Part shown: positions 42,924-56,830 of the stretch, one piece after another
Numbering within the stretch: the first letter of the stretch is position 1
Layout of the letters: each line of letters starts with the position of its first letter
Source: Chrysomallon squamiferum
Taxonomy: Eukaryota; Animalia; Mollusca
DNA: 64,000 nucleotides
Reading direction: 5' to 3'
NCBI GenBank assembly: GCA_012295275.1
Contig: CM022679.1
Location: forward strand, 16,926,001 to 16,990,000
Position numbers and translations under genes: made by a program
Notes under the pieces: model-generated
What the model saw: the letters and a program-made list of their open reading frames with translations, nothing else
The model's database searches: none
What the model was told of the DNA's origin: nothing

Positions 42924-44531
42924 CTGTAGACTATTTATTTCTTATAACACATCTTTTAAATACAATAAATAATTATTAAACTAGGTTTTTATTATTATTA
43001 TTATTACTTTTATTTTTTTCATTCATAGAATGTACTACTGTTATTTATTCTCTAAAAAGGCAGTTTTAAAATAACTATTTAAAAAACAACAACAATAAAA
43101 GCCCCCAAAAACCAAGAACAACAACATTATTTTTATTTTTTACAGGGTTTTGTTTTATCATCACGCACCGATTCGGTTACCAGTTTTACAACTACACGTA
43201 TCATTTAATCTTTGCAGTTATTTCCTTCTTTTGTTACTGTTATGGCTGTTTATATATAATAGCACATGTACATAGCATATAGCTTCCTTCACAAATTAAA
43301 ATCTATCCTAATAATAAAACAGGAAAGATAAATCTATTTTTTTTTTTTACATCTGCTTTTAAAAGTATTTTCTTTAAATAGGAAATATTTATTTTAATAC
43401 ATGTATGACAAGTTTATTTCATTTAGATTCTTGTATATGTACTTTTGTACTGTTACTAAGATGCCAGAAAACAAATAGACTAATTTGGAATAATTAATAT
43501 CAGTTGTGTAGACTATTCCTTCATGTCACCAGCTGTACATTTCAAGGGAAACAACTAGATGTACAGTTAAATATTTTTAAAATTACGTGTAGGCTGACCT
43601 AATCATTACTATCTTTTTAATATTATTTAACGTTTTTTCTCTTGATTAATCTCACTATATCAATATTTAAATATGTCAGCATCTATATTTATTATTATTA
43701 TTATTATTTTTTCTTTGTTTTAGGTTGTTGGTTTCTAATATTTATTTAAACCATATCATTGACAATTGAATAATGTTTTAACTATTTTTATTTTTCTCAC
43801 AACTGTTTTATGGAAGAGAATATGTCTGAAAAGGTCATTGTATTTATATTTTATTTAAATTTTACATTACACATAATCAATGTTTTATACAAAAATTATA
43901 CACCAACAAGACAGAACAAACAACACTTTTTACTAAAGTAACATGTGCACGATTATGGAATTAATAATAATCAATTATTATAGCAGGTTTCTGTTGTGAT
44001 TATTTGGATCAAATATTATTAGTGACAGACGTTTTAAGTATTCACACAATGGGGTAAGGCTTTATAACTGAGGGCAGAAGCTTTTATAATTATTTTTACT
44101 GTCATTGTTATCATTATAATTATTTTATTTATATGTTTGTGTATACGGATCATGGAACTGAACTAATAAACTAAAAAGTGAAAAATAAAAGTTTGTTTGT
44201 TATTGTTGTTAAATTATTTATTTATTTATTTATTACAAACTAATGTTTAAACGTACAAAAATAAATAAAATAAAAAGGAAAAAGGGTAAGAAATGTTTGT
44301 TTTTTTCTGTTATTTTTATTTTTTATTTTTTTTTAAAGTGAGAAACAGAAATTTATCTTTAAAGAGATGCAAAAGGAAAAAGTATTTTAAATTGTACTTC
44401 AGAATTACGCATTTGTTATTTTACTTATAATTATTATTAGTTTTTGAAAGGATAGTATGTAAATGTAAAATATAAAATAATATAAAACGAATACATTCTG
44501 TTTTAAAAGAAGTAAAATCGTATGTTCGTAA

Positions 44532-44960
44532 TTCAAAACAGCTAATCCACATCTATATTTTATTACTTCAAAACAGCTAATCCACATCTGTATTTTATTA
44601 CTTCAAAACAACTAATCCACATATGTATTTTATTACCTCAAAACAGCTAATCAGAATCTATATTTTATTACTTCAAAACAGCTAATCCACATCTATATTT
44701 TATTACTTCAAAACAGCTAATCCACATCTAGATTTTATTACTTCAAAACAACTAATCCACATCTAGATTTTATTACTTCAAAACAGCTAATCCACATCTA
44801 GATTTTATTACTTCAAAACAACTAATCCACATCTGTATTTTATTACTTCAAAACAGCTAATCAGAATCTATATTTTATTACTTCAAAACAGCTAATCCAC
44901 ATCTAGATTTTATTACTTCAAAACAGCTAATCCACATCTAGATTTTATTACTTCAAAACA
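44532..44960. repeat. Minisatellite, about 12.3 x 35 bp (TTCAAAACAGCTAATCCACATCTATATTTTATTAC)
   Basis: Head-to-tail units with point variants; no unique spacers. Confidence 0.95.
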
Positions 44961-46987
44961 AAATGATTCGACGTTTCAAATATTTGATCATATTCTATAA
45001 CAGCTGCACCAGTTCAGAAGTAATTTATGTATATGACACATTGATGACTAAAACGTGTATAATCTGGGCAGTGATCACTGATAAATCATGAAAAACAGCC
45101 TAGACAAATCAGACTCGGTGAAAGCCATTCAGTGAGGAAGTAGAAAAGAGTGGGAAAATTAAAGGTGAAGTTTAACGATGTAAATTTTATAACTGCATTC
45201 ATTAATTACACAGGAGTTAATCCGCTCTGGAACAACTGACATCTTAGCGAAACAAAATCGAAAAACGGGTGGTTTTAATTGGTGATATTTAACTTCAAAG
45301 ATGATGTGAATTTCACTGAACAATAAAATACAGTAACCACGACCATAACACACAAATATTAACATATTAAAATAGATGTTTTGACCCCCATTAAACATTC
45401 TTCATCTGCTTGTGTTCACAAAGTAATTAATCATAACTGATCTTAAATAATACTAATTCATTTTAACAACGAGGTTAAACTGCTCAAGAGGATCAAATCA
45501 CCCCGTTACACCTGAAATATAACAAATATTTGTATATATTTATCAATAATCCGCTAATGGAATTTTTTAAAGTATAGGTATAACCTTGAGTGCAAGGCCC
45601 AATAAGCAAACACATTGATATTTTTACAGCGAGTGTAATGCATAGATAAACCAGTAAGATAAATATAATGATCACAAATAGCAGAACTGTCGCATTTTAC
45701 CTAAACAGTAATAATTTGGTTATCGAAACCATAAGATAAATATAGACGATAAATGCAAGGTTTATATGTGACGAAAACATTCAATATAACATCTGACATT
45801 TATATTTATTGACATAGAGCAAATAAAGGACTGTACCAATATTGTGTATTATAAAGTGACATGCCTCGACCGAGCACTATGACAGCAGTATTTGTAGAAA
45901 TCGTGGCTGATAACTTTAGAAAACGTCCATTTGTTTACAAACCACAGGATATATCGTACCATAACTTAGAAATTCTATCCACTGCATGGCCTGACATTAC
46001 GAAGGAGATGGACTATGGTGGTTAGTATATCCATTTTATTGAATAGATTTCTGTGTTAAACCTCTTTCAATAGGAATATTGTCCGATATGTAACTGGCTC
46101 AATCTGTGATCTTGGCGTTGCCACATACTTGCACGTGCATCCCACTAATGAGAGAAAGACCCGTATTTCTCATAATATTTGTTTACTCTTATTTATATTT
46201 TAAATTTTTTTAAAGTAAAATTGTTATTTCCATTAAAATAACAATTTAAATATTTCTATTTGAAAACAAAGTTGGTTTTATTATTATTATTACCATACAG
46301 CATTAAATGTAATATTAAGCAATTTTGCAACTGTTCATATAAAATCTGGTGGTCACCATCTGATACGAGGAGTTTATGAAGACCAAAACAAAATCACACA
46401 AGTTTTATACTTTGTTGACTATTGCAACATGCTTGGAATTTATTTATTTATTTATTTATTTATTATTTTAACGACGCATTCAAATAAGTTTTTCATCCTC
46501 GATTTTATGGATCGTTAACCATAAATAATAAGAGCCCATTTTCTCTGTGAATATAATTAAATCAGTGTTAGAGATGGAAATAGTGTTTTATAAAATGGTT
46601 TCTGGACGGTTTGAAAGTGTTTTAATTACGTTTGATACAGCACATTGTCTACATTGGTCGCTTTGTATTTATATAACATTTGATGAAAAGCAAAATGCAT
46701 ATTAAAAACTACATTCATTAGGCCCTACGGTTTAAGTAAGAAACAATAATGTTTTATGTGGACGATTTCCACCATAAACGTAAAATAACAAATATTCACA
46801 AGAAAACATCGTTTTGAGAAACCACTTACAACGGACATGAAATTTATGAATACTGCTGCATGGTTTCTCAGAAAGGAAAATATTTTGATTATAACTGTGA
46901 AAACCGCGGAATCAAAGAGAAAAGAGAAGCCATTTGGTAGGATAAATGTCAAAGCTGTATGTTTTATTTTTATTATTATTATTATTA

Positions 46988-47031
<44 letters not shown>

Positions 47032-48864
47032 TTGTCACACAAAACTCGGTATATCTTGGCCGCTAATTTACGTAACTTTAAAATTTAGAAAGTATCTTTA
47101 AAATTTCATCCTGTAAAAGGGTATTACGGAGGGTCAAACAGAATATAATTATTTGCATATCTCGGCATTAAACTTAAAGGCAGCTTATATACTTAAAATC
47201 AGTACTTGAATAAAGCATCTATAATTAGTAAACGCAAAAGAAATTAAGCTACTGAAACAAGTTTAATAGATAACCGGGTTTCACGTTAAAACAAAGACAA
47301 GGTTATCTAACTTCACACAGAAAATGTTTTTTTGTTGTTTTTTGTTTTGTTTTTGCATTCAACGATAAAACTAATATGTATTAGCTTCAAGTTACAGCTA
47401 TTCAGTAAAGATGAATTATAGGTTATTTGCAAATAAATACAGTTTCGTCCTTCGTCTCTTTTAAAAAAAAAAAAAAAAATCAATATTCTAGATCATTACG
47501 TATTTGTCCATATGATGAAAATAATGAGTGTGAACTTCGTATTATAGAGATACACAGCAATTTATATTGTCAAAGGTCATTTTGTACAGATATTTTTCTT
47601 TAATTTCATTTTAGTGACAGCAATTACATATACGATAAATTATTTAAAAAAATATATGAATGCAATCTAGCCTGCGTCACCAATTAGGTTCACGATGCTC
47701 CGAACATACGCCATAGAACAAAGTCATTTATTGATAAATAACAGTATTACAGTTACTGGCCTTTAATAGATTCACTTTTACGTAGCAGAGAAAACATTAT
47801 TTTAACCTATGCAAAAGTATTTTAGGAAAACTGTCGTCCATACATTTGTTCACGGTATATTAACTGCTCAAGTGGTTCACACCAAAAACGTGCCAATTTC
47901 GAAGCAGCAGACGACAGTTACATACCAACAGTCAATAGTCTGCCAACTTACAAACAAACAGTGCTTATTTCATTAATTGCTTCAATTCATCTCAATCCAC
48001 AAACGCAATAGCTTAAATATCAGAAACGAATTTTTAGACTTTTCGGCAGCACGTTCGAACTGTATAATGAACGTGCATTATGTGTCACACGCTGAAAATA
48101 CTGCCATTCCGAGACGTCACCGGTTTTTTCACGAAAAAGGTGGAGTGTGCTTATATTTTTACCTTTCCGTTTGTGATTTTATGTTAAAGTTTATATGCAT
48201 ATATATATATATTATTACTATTACTGTTATTGTTTTATTTATTTATTTTACACGTACTGAATGAATTTAATGTATTTTCAATCAATAATCACGTACATAA
48301 TGTTTTTGGTTGAAACAAACAAAAATAATACTGAAGAACTATTACAAAAAAAATGTTTGATACATATCAAATTATAAATTTTTAAGTTTCATTTTCATCT
48401 AGATACTTTTTCTCCTGTTGATGGATGAATTTTTGGATGTTTGCTTTTAATATTAAAGCTTTTGTGATAAGAATGACACGAGTAACCTTTTTAACACATT
48501 ATGGTCTGTTTTTAACATTAGCAGCAAGTTTATCATTTTTAAGCACCTTCTCATATAAGCAATTCATAACAGTTGTCACTAGCTGGGTTAGGCCATTGAG
48601 ATGACCATAACAACATCTTGAAGTTAAGTGTTGAAACTAACAGAATAGCTTGAAGCGTTCTGTGAGTATTTATTGAAATATTTACAAGCTTGGCACTTGG
48701 ATTAGATCTCTCAGAAAAGTATCTCATATGCTTTAGCTTCATTTCTAACGTTTTATTTTATGTTATTTTATTTTTTTATTTATTTTTTTATCTGTTTTCT
48801 CCTGACGTGAGATACTATATTACGTATGTGTTAATTAATTTTTTTTGTCTTTTGTTTTTTAATT

Positions 48865-48897
<33 letters not shown>

Positions 48898-48966
48898 GAT
48901 GACTGTTAAAATTAAAAATGGATTGTTTTCAGTGGTCATGTCTGTGAGGGCTGACCAGGGCTCAGG

Positions 48967-49776
48967 ATGCAAAAGAATCCAAAATGTAATTTGTCTAAGA
49001 GGATCCAGGATTTTGAACTGTGGAGAGATGAAAGAGGGGTAATAAAAAACATTGAATATGCACAACTCAGATCAAGTCGTAGGAGCATGTTCAAGAAAAT
49101 GAACAGCGACAGAAAACTTAAATGCTGGAGACGTCTTTATATGCCATCTTTGTTAGGAATACTGACAGGTTCGATTGTGCTCTTGTGTTGTTCTGTTTAT
49201 TCCATGGGACATACTACATTCTTCTGGACGTATAAGCACACATTTTACATAATCGGATCAGTTACACTTGTTACTGGTGTGATTTTACTTCTAATTGCTA
49301 GTGGCCTGACATACAACAGAGAACAAGAACTGAGGATTAAACTTGGATTGCCCGGCATGTTTTCTCAGGTCTGGAAAAACCCTTCTCCTGACTTTGCACA
49401 ACATTCTACTTCTAATATAAGTAACGAAAAAGCTAAATATCTTAACAGAGAAACATCGTTAGATTCAGTTGAAATTTCAACCTTTTTAGAATCTAGTACT
49501 TCGTCACCAGTCACAGATACAACATGGCTGGAAATGTCAGCAAGTTCTGCGGTACCGTTTCTGGAAAAAAGTGTTAATCAGAAAACTCCATTTTCTCCTA
49601 CAATAAAAAACACTCACCATTTACATTCCAAGGACTGTAACAGATCAGAAAAGTCACACAAACACTCAGCAGTGATCAGTGAACATGTACAAATCATCTC
49701 AGACTCTGTCGCGTGTGTGAAAACAAGTCCAAAACTGCTGAACATAAATAAACCCGTTATCAGTATTGTTAGCTGA
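48967..49776 (+). CDS. Uncharacterised two-pass membrane protein with Ser/Thr-rich C-terminal tail (PIRT/TMEM100/TMEM200-like topology)
   Basis: 269-codon ORF in AT-rich DNA; two hydrophobic segments (LLGILTGSIVLLCCSVYSM; FYIIGSVTLVTGVILLLIASGL) preceded by a basic stretch; possible acceptor GTTTTCAG at about 48932. True start may be a downstream Met. Confidence 0.7.
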   Translation: MQKNPKCNLSKRIQDFELWRDERGVIKNIEYAQLRSSRRSMFKKMNSDRKLKCWRRLYMPSLLGILTGSIVLLCCSVYSMGHTTFFWTYKHTFYIIGSVTLVTGVILLLIASGLTYNREQELRIKLGLPGMFSQVWKNPSPDFAQHSTSNISNEKAKYLNRETSLDSVEISTFLESSTSSPVTDTTWLEMSASSAVPFLEKSVNQKTPFSPTIKNTHHLHSKDCNRSEKSHKHSAVISEHVQIISDSVACVKTSPKLLNINKPVISIVS

Positions 49777-50278
49777 ACACAATTTGGCTAGCTAAATAAC
49801 CATACCAAATATATAAGCATTTATTTTATCAGTGACAACAACATCACACATCAATACGTTTGTCCTTCAGGATAATTAGTAATTATATTTTTTACTTTAT
49901 TTTAATTGCTTATATTTGTAATTCGCCTTTTTAATCCTTAACAGATTTTAAAAATTAACCGTGATGATTGTAAATGTTAAGGAAACATTAAAAACACAGT
50001 ACTTGACTGTTCTAAAATACCTTAGTAGCTATATCAAAACTAATTTCAGTATATTGTAATTCTCAGCTTTGGTACTGTTTTTGAACAAATAAACATTAAT
50101 TTTTCGCCTGTGTTAAACCTGTAGCAAAAAATAAATAAAATAAATAATACCCCCACCCCAAAAAAAAAACCCAACAACAAACAAACAAAAAACAACAACA
50201 AACAAACAAAAAACAACAACAAAAACAACAACAACAAATGAACAACACTAACATTTAATAACTGTTCCAAGATACATA

Positions 50279-50321
<43 letters not shown>

Positions 50322-50836
50322 TAGAAAAATAAAATAAAATAAATAAAAAGGGAAATTATTCTCCCATTTCTTATTTAAATAAAATACCATTAGTTAACAG
50401 TTCTGTCGATAATGTGTCCAAAAGCCCTTTAACAGTAAATTATTGTATAACTGCTTTCCTCAAAATTAAATATTTTGTCTTATTGGTGGAAATGGTAGTT
50501 ACAATTTTGAAATAATAATAATAATAAAACAAGTAAAAAAACCAACAAAAAATCCCCAACAAACCAAACAAGAGCTCCAAAACCTTAAGCTCACTTGACT
50601 TAATACATTTCAATAAAGCAATATATGTATTCACAAAGTTCATTTAAAAATTCCCCGACTATTCTAATACCCTTTTAAGTGGATATTACCAGAAATAGTT
50701 TAAATAAAAACAATGTTAAAAATAAAAATTCTTAAAATATACCAAATATAATTACTGTAGAAACTTTTGTTAACGTGATCAAAAGGATCATTAGTTTATC
50801 ATTTTCAACTTTGTTTCAGTTTTTATTCCAACAGGC

Positions 50837-50873
<37 letters not shown>

Positions 50874-51001
50874 GGTACAGTATTTTGTGGAATGACTACT
50901 TACACTGGAAAAATTCGTTTTTGAAAAATCTGTTAAAGTATATGATTTTTTGAAATACAACACTTATCAGTGAAAACCTTTTCAGCAGCCATTAATCTAA
51001 A

Positions 51002-51071
<70 letters not shown>

Positions 51072-51679
51072 GTAATAATAATAAAATAGAAAAACCAAAA
51101 AGTATTAATGTATAAATTTAAATGGGATCAATATTATAATTTTTGTGTGTGTGTGTTCTTTTTGTTGTAATTCCGAAAATCCATTCCTGAATTTTTCCAC
51201 ACTGCTGTGGTTCTCTGAAAAAAAATATAATAATAATAATAATAAAAAAGGATTTTCGTCAGTTAGATTTTGGTAATGTATGCCTTTAAATAACCCAAGT
51301 GAATGTTTTCCTTATCACCAAATACTATTTTTATGTGGCAATACAATACGCAAGCATCATAATAAAGAAACTTCAAGTATGTAAGTGTAAAACATTTCTT
51401 ATAATTAAGTAATAATAAAAATGTCAACCTTCATTCATTCTTTTCTTTTACTGTTTTACCTCCTTGTTAGCAAAGACTGCTAAATAATGATAAACTTATA
51501 TAAATGAAATTAATGGTTATGTGATAATAGGGAAAAAAGTTTTATGTCAAACGAATTGCTATGAGATAAAAGTAAATTTTTATATATATGAAATTAGTCA
51601 CTGTCAGATAATGGTAAACATTTACACGTGAAACCTTTAGTTAAAAAGTGAAAACTTTAACAGTTATGAAAAAAGGTGT

Positions 51680-52700
51680 ATGAAAAGTAAAATACCTGCA
51701 ATTCTCTTCATTTCATCCCAGCGTAATTTCCGATCAGCCACCATTCCTGCTCAGTCAGTGACAGAACAGAAAGATTTGTGCTGTTAGATATAAAAATAAT
51801 TGTATCAGAAACAGAATTCCATACAATTTTGGTATCATTGTTAGAAATTTAAAAGAAATTCTGGATACTAGAATAAATTAAAATACTTGTGTCAGATTGT
51901 CGTCTGTTTGTCCCGACACTGTCAGTATTAAAAAAAGTAAAATATAAATAAAACCTTTGTAATTATCTGTCACCTCTACAGGAACAATGATTTCATTCCA
52001 GAATATTTTCACATCATTCACTGCTCCTGTCCAGAAAATAACAGAACAGAAAAATGTCTGCAGTTTCATGACAAAAATAAATGTAGAAACAATGTGCAAG
52101 ACAGTATTGATTCTTTGAAATAAAAATTCTGAATTATCGAAGAAATTACATTGTTTGCCGACATAGTGACCTGAACAAATGATATCTGTTAGTTTGTCAC
52201 TATATTTGTTCCTAAGTTAACATTAAAACGGGTGAAAAGTAAAATCTCTATCTCTCAACTCCACTTTTTCATCATTCAGTGCTCCTGTGCAGAAAGATTT
52301 TTGCTGTTACATGATAAAAATAGGTGTAGCACAAACCGTACACAACACAGTCAGTCTGTTACTTTGTCTGTGCCGACATCGTTTAGTATTAAAACAAGTG
52401 AAAAGTCAAAATAGATGTAACGCAAATACTATAGACACAATTTTAATGTTATTGTTGAGAAATAAAAGTTCTAAATTCTAGAAGAAATTAAATTATTTGC
52501 ACATATATGTCAATATGTTTCTATGTCTGTCCCGAGACCATAAATCAGTATTGAAACAAGTGAAAAGTAAAACGTTTGAAATCATGAATAAACTGTCCTG
52601 GAACAGTTTTCTTATCAATCGCTGTTCCTGACCTGACAGTAACAGAACGGAAAGATTTGTGCTGTTAGACGATAAAAGCAGATGTAACAGAAACAATATG
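51680..52700. repeat. Degenerate tandem array of about 5 units (170-300 bp)
   Basis: Recurring blocks (G)TGAAAAGTAAAA, ACAGAACAGAAAGATTTGTGCTGTTAGA and TGTCCCGAC...CAGTATTAAAAC. Confidence 0.7.
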
Positions 52701-52835
52701 CAATATTAGTATTATTGGTAGTATCACAGGAGTTTGGTGGAAGCAGTGGTGCTCTGGTCCTGTAATATGCCGACAGAGACTCTTAGACTTATTAGTGTGA
52801 TCTATTTTGAAAACCTGATTCTGTGTCAGGCTAAA

Positions 52836-52915
52836 ATTCTGAAGGGTTTTTGCTGTAGCAAGCGTAGCCCAGACAGACACTGACAAGGTAAGATTTCACA
52901 TATTCTGTAACAGTC
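52836..52915 (+). pseudogene. Inverted duplicated fragment of a SEC24C exon 3' end plus intron start (source 13263-13185)
   Basis: Manual alignment: about 11 mismatches and 1 indel over about 80 nt, including an intact GACAAG|GTAAGATTTC donor. Confidence 0.85.
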
Positions 52916-53140
52916 GCAATGGCCTGTATGTCTTGCATGTGTTTGCTGTTCTTACATGTGTCTTGTAAATATTAGTTTACTGCAAGTGAATGTTGTATAT
53001 TTTTGTTGTTTCTGTATGGGTGTCATGTATATGTTTGTTTTTGCATGTTTGTCTTTATATGACTAGTTTTTAAATGATTTCTGCGCTCTGTAATTTCTGG
53101 ATTTTCGAATTATTATACCGAGAAATGAAAAAAGAACTTT

Positions 53141-53200
<60 letters not shown>

Positions 53201-54019
53201 AATAAATAAATTATAAATACTAAATCAATAATTCGAAAAAAGTTACAGGAATGAATAAAACTGTAATACAGTTTAATAAATTGTATTGTTAAAATTTAAA
53301 TTATTTGTCGTTGGGGACTGATCTTTCTTTTGACCGTGTTTAAATCCTTTTAATTTTCAACACAGAGTTAAACATATTACATGTTTAAAAGAATATATCC
53401 AACAGTTTTTGTACTCTTTTTGAAGTAATAGTATTTTTAAAATCAAACAAATTATCATTAGTTCACATTCAGCCGTTTAGAATTTTTATTAACTGACAAC
53501 TGAAGTTTGAAGCCACAGTTAACATTTTTGTCTTCTATTTATAAATAAGCAGATAGTGCAATTCAAACCATCTGTGTTTACATTTTACTTTCACTAGAAA
53601 CGGTTTATAATTCACAGTTACAAATGATCATAATCATCATTTTTAATACTATTATTATTATTATTTTTATCTTAGTTATTATTTTTGTTGTTTTTGTTTG
53701 TTTCTTCTATTTCGTTTCCTTGTCGCTGCAACCCACCATCTCTTTGCATCACTGGTAATGAATGTGACCTTAGCGGTAAAAAAAAATAAAGAAAAAGAAA
53801 AACAGAACAAAAACCTAGAAAATTAATGATTCTTATATCCAGATATAGACCGAACAAGCATTGGAATATGCAATAACAATCGAAATTATGTATATTAAAA
53901 TATATAAACAAATGTTGATTCTAATACGTTGCCGAAACGCATTTAAAATTCAGACAAGTAAAATCTGAAGAAAAAAATAAGGATTTACTATCGAAGGGGA
54001 ATAACTCCACCCACCTAAC

Positions 54020-54690
54020 GAATGTAATATTTAATGCCACCCTAGCACGAAAAATAGATCTGCTATTGGGAGTAAAATAATATGAAATATCAATAGTTTA
54101 TAAAATGCTGCATAAAGAGTTGGTAAAATATAAATATCACATTTGACTGAAATTTATAATTTGTTATTAAAAGGAAGTTTTCTTTCAAAAAATTAATAAA
54201 AGATTTGGGTGCTATCTAAATAGTTTCACCACATTATCTATCAAATATGACCTTACTTGTCTCATTAAAATGTAGTGAACTGTCAAAGTAGACGGAAAAT
54301 GCTCACACTGAGGTGGAGGATCATGACCGATACAGGCACGACACAAGATGTATTCCTCCTTCCTGCACTGCCTGTAAGAAAACTGCCAATCTACCAGTGC
54401 TGGCTTAATAGAATGAGGCGTGTTTGTGGAAACGATATACTGGCCGATATGATGCTTAAAATCAGTATCGGGTACACCAACCGTAGTAAATCCAAAGCAA
54501 ACTCGGCAGCAGAATCTACCTTTCATCACCCTAATGTAAACATGTCTGGGTACCCAACAAAAAATAATGTCGTTACTGGCCATGTTTTAAAAAGATACTC
54601 TTTCGTGTCGCCATCTCATTTAAAGGATAATCCTGCTTCTATGTTGTAAAGCTTGGAGAGATAAAAGTGAGTTAAAATAATGTATTTGGA
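54020..54690 (-). mobile_element. 5'-truncated LINE remnant (I/Nimb-like): RNase H end, CCHC knuckle and 3' UTR
   Basis: IIFCWVPRHV (RNase H WVPSH motif), RKEEYILCRACIGH, PPQCEH...LTVHYIL; frameshifted. Confidence 0.85.
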
Positions 54691-54700
54691 TGAGTATATA

Positions 54701-54745
<45 letters not shown>

Positions 54746-55946
54746 GCTTGAACATTTTAAAATTGGAAAACTCCACTCGACAAAAAACAACAAACAAAAA
54801 CAGCAACAAAAACAACAACAATGCACTATATATTAACAGAGTTGAAACATAAGCACAAAATCAGCAGAACAATATAAGGTTTAGTCCAAAAAATTAAAAA
54901 TTAAGTGCAGTTACAAATATTTCAGGTGGACCTTTATCCTGGATCCACGTGTGTGAGTGCGTGCGCGTGTGTTACATTGAAATTTATATTAATTTATTAC
55001 TATATTCAATAAAATGATTTATAAGGCTTTGATAAAAATTCAGAATAGTGGTGCTTTATTATTATTTAAATTTGTTCCGGAAACTGAGATAAACGTCAAC
55101 CTGACGAACTATGTCGAATATCATACATATAATAAATGGCTGGAAATTAGCTTTCCAAATAAACTCACCACATTTAAAAGGAAAATAATAATTTATTTAT
55201 TTACTTTTCCTTTATTTGTACTTGAAAAAAAATTAAGATGAAGCGGCCATCTAAACCAATGAAAGGTACAATCGAAATGGCTTGCACCGTGTCAGTCACA
55301 TCGCTTGATCAAAGACAAGGGCAGGATTTTCAAATCTCTGCCTTCAGCATTCCAAAAACCATTTTTATTATTTGTTGATAAATTTATGATATAATCGTAT
55401 TTCATTAATTTAATTAAATTATTTATTTTATTAATTCCATATTTTTTTTAATTTGGAGTGCTAATATTTTATTTATTTCCAGTTTTGAATGAATTAATTT
55501 GATCATGTTCTAACAAAAACAGTCTGTACATAACGTCGTAGCAGAATAGTGAATGTTTATTGTCAGGCTGTATTTTTACAAAAAATAATTCTTTTGTTAT
55601 TTTAAAAACAACGACAGAAGAGCTATGTTCCTTAACGCTGGACGCTATAATTTTAACTTCCAATTCGTTTCTGATCATTGCTATGAATTTCTTTGATATA
55701 AATATTGTGGAAGACTTTACAAGCGAATTTTACTTGCATTTGAAACCATAGGCGTAATAATTAGTTATTTTTATCTAAATAAGAAATTTGGAAAACAAAT
55801 TTTTCCTTCCTGTGTGAAATCTAGATATTTTGTTATCAGAAATAATATATTTACATATTTTCTAAATGAAAAAGGCAGTTATGGAATATTAAAAATTACA
55901 TTTTTCATCAATTGCCATGATTTTTTTATAATGCTTATTGGTTTTG

Positions 55947-56006
<60 letters not shown>

Positions 56007-56275
56007 AAATAAAATAAAACAAAACAAAACAAATAAAATATTGAAAGTAAACGAAAGAAACCACACACACACACACTTTAATGTCAGCTATCTTCCTCAC
56101 TTTTATTCTAATTACTTACATTTTTATTTCAAAAGAAAGTAAATATAAGGGGAAAAAAAATGCACGGAAAGATAAAACAGTTTGAATCATATTACATAAT
56201 TTCCGTCACTAACATTTTTATTGTTATTTCGTTTTAAAATTTTCTTTCTTTAAAAAAAATAAAATAAATAGAAGT

Positions 56276-56314
<39 letters not shown>

Positions 56315-56619
56315 ATAAATAACCTTTTCTTTCAATTTTATTTTATTTTTTCATTTATTGTATGGAAATCATTACTAACGAATGAACTAGATGATGTTGG
56401 AAAGGAACCATTTTGCAAATTCAACTCAAGACAGGAATAATGATGATTAATTTATTTATGAACTCTGTTTAATCAACTTTGGTGTATGTACTTCTGTATG
56501 CTTATTTTATGTAACTGTGCGTGTGCTTATGAATGTTTTGTTTACTACTTTTGCTTGTGTTATTTCTGATTACTGTTTTATTTCGATTGCTCATTGAAAC
56601 AGATCTGCACAACAGCAAC

Positions 56620-56830
56620 AGTAGCAACATAAAAAACCAACAAAAAACCAAACAAAGCAACAACGATATAAAAACCAACAAACAAAAAAACACAACAAAA
56701 ACAACAAACAAAAAAACAAAACACAAACAAACAAACAAAAACAAAACACTAACAAACAAACAAACAAAAAACAAAACACAAACAAACAAAAAAAACAAAA
56801 CAACAACAAACACACAAACAAAACAAACAC
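56620..56830. repeat. Degenerate (AAAC)n low-complexity tract
   Basis: Explains the K/T/N/Q-rich and F/V/L/C-rich ORFs on both strands. Confidence 0.9.

Noticed and set aside
44532-44960. 35-bp repeat array (and the 50-bp array at 34756) as CRISPR
   Set aside because: Units are contiguous with no unique spacers, there are no cas genes, and the context is eukaryotic.
46465-46525. SINE-like remnants here and at about 28645-28700, and a CAGTGGTGGATCCAG repeat end at about 59073
   Set aside because: Too short and degenerate to delimit or classify without a repeat library.
52270-52335. EGF-like peptide QCSCAERFLLLHDKNRC
   Set aside because: Appears in only one repeat unit because of a deletion; the other units break the cysteine spacing.
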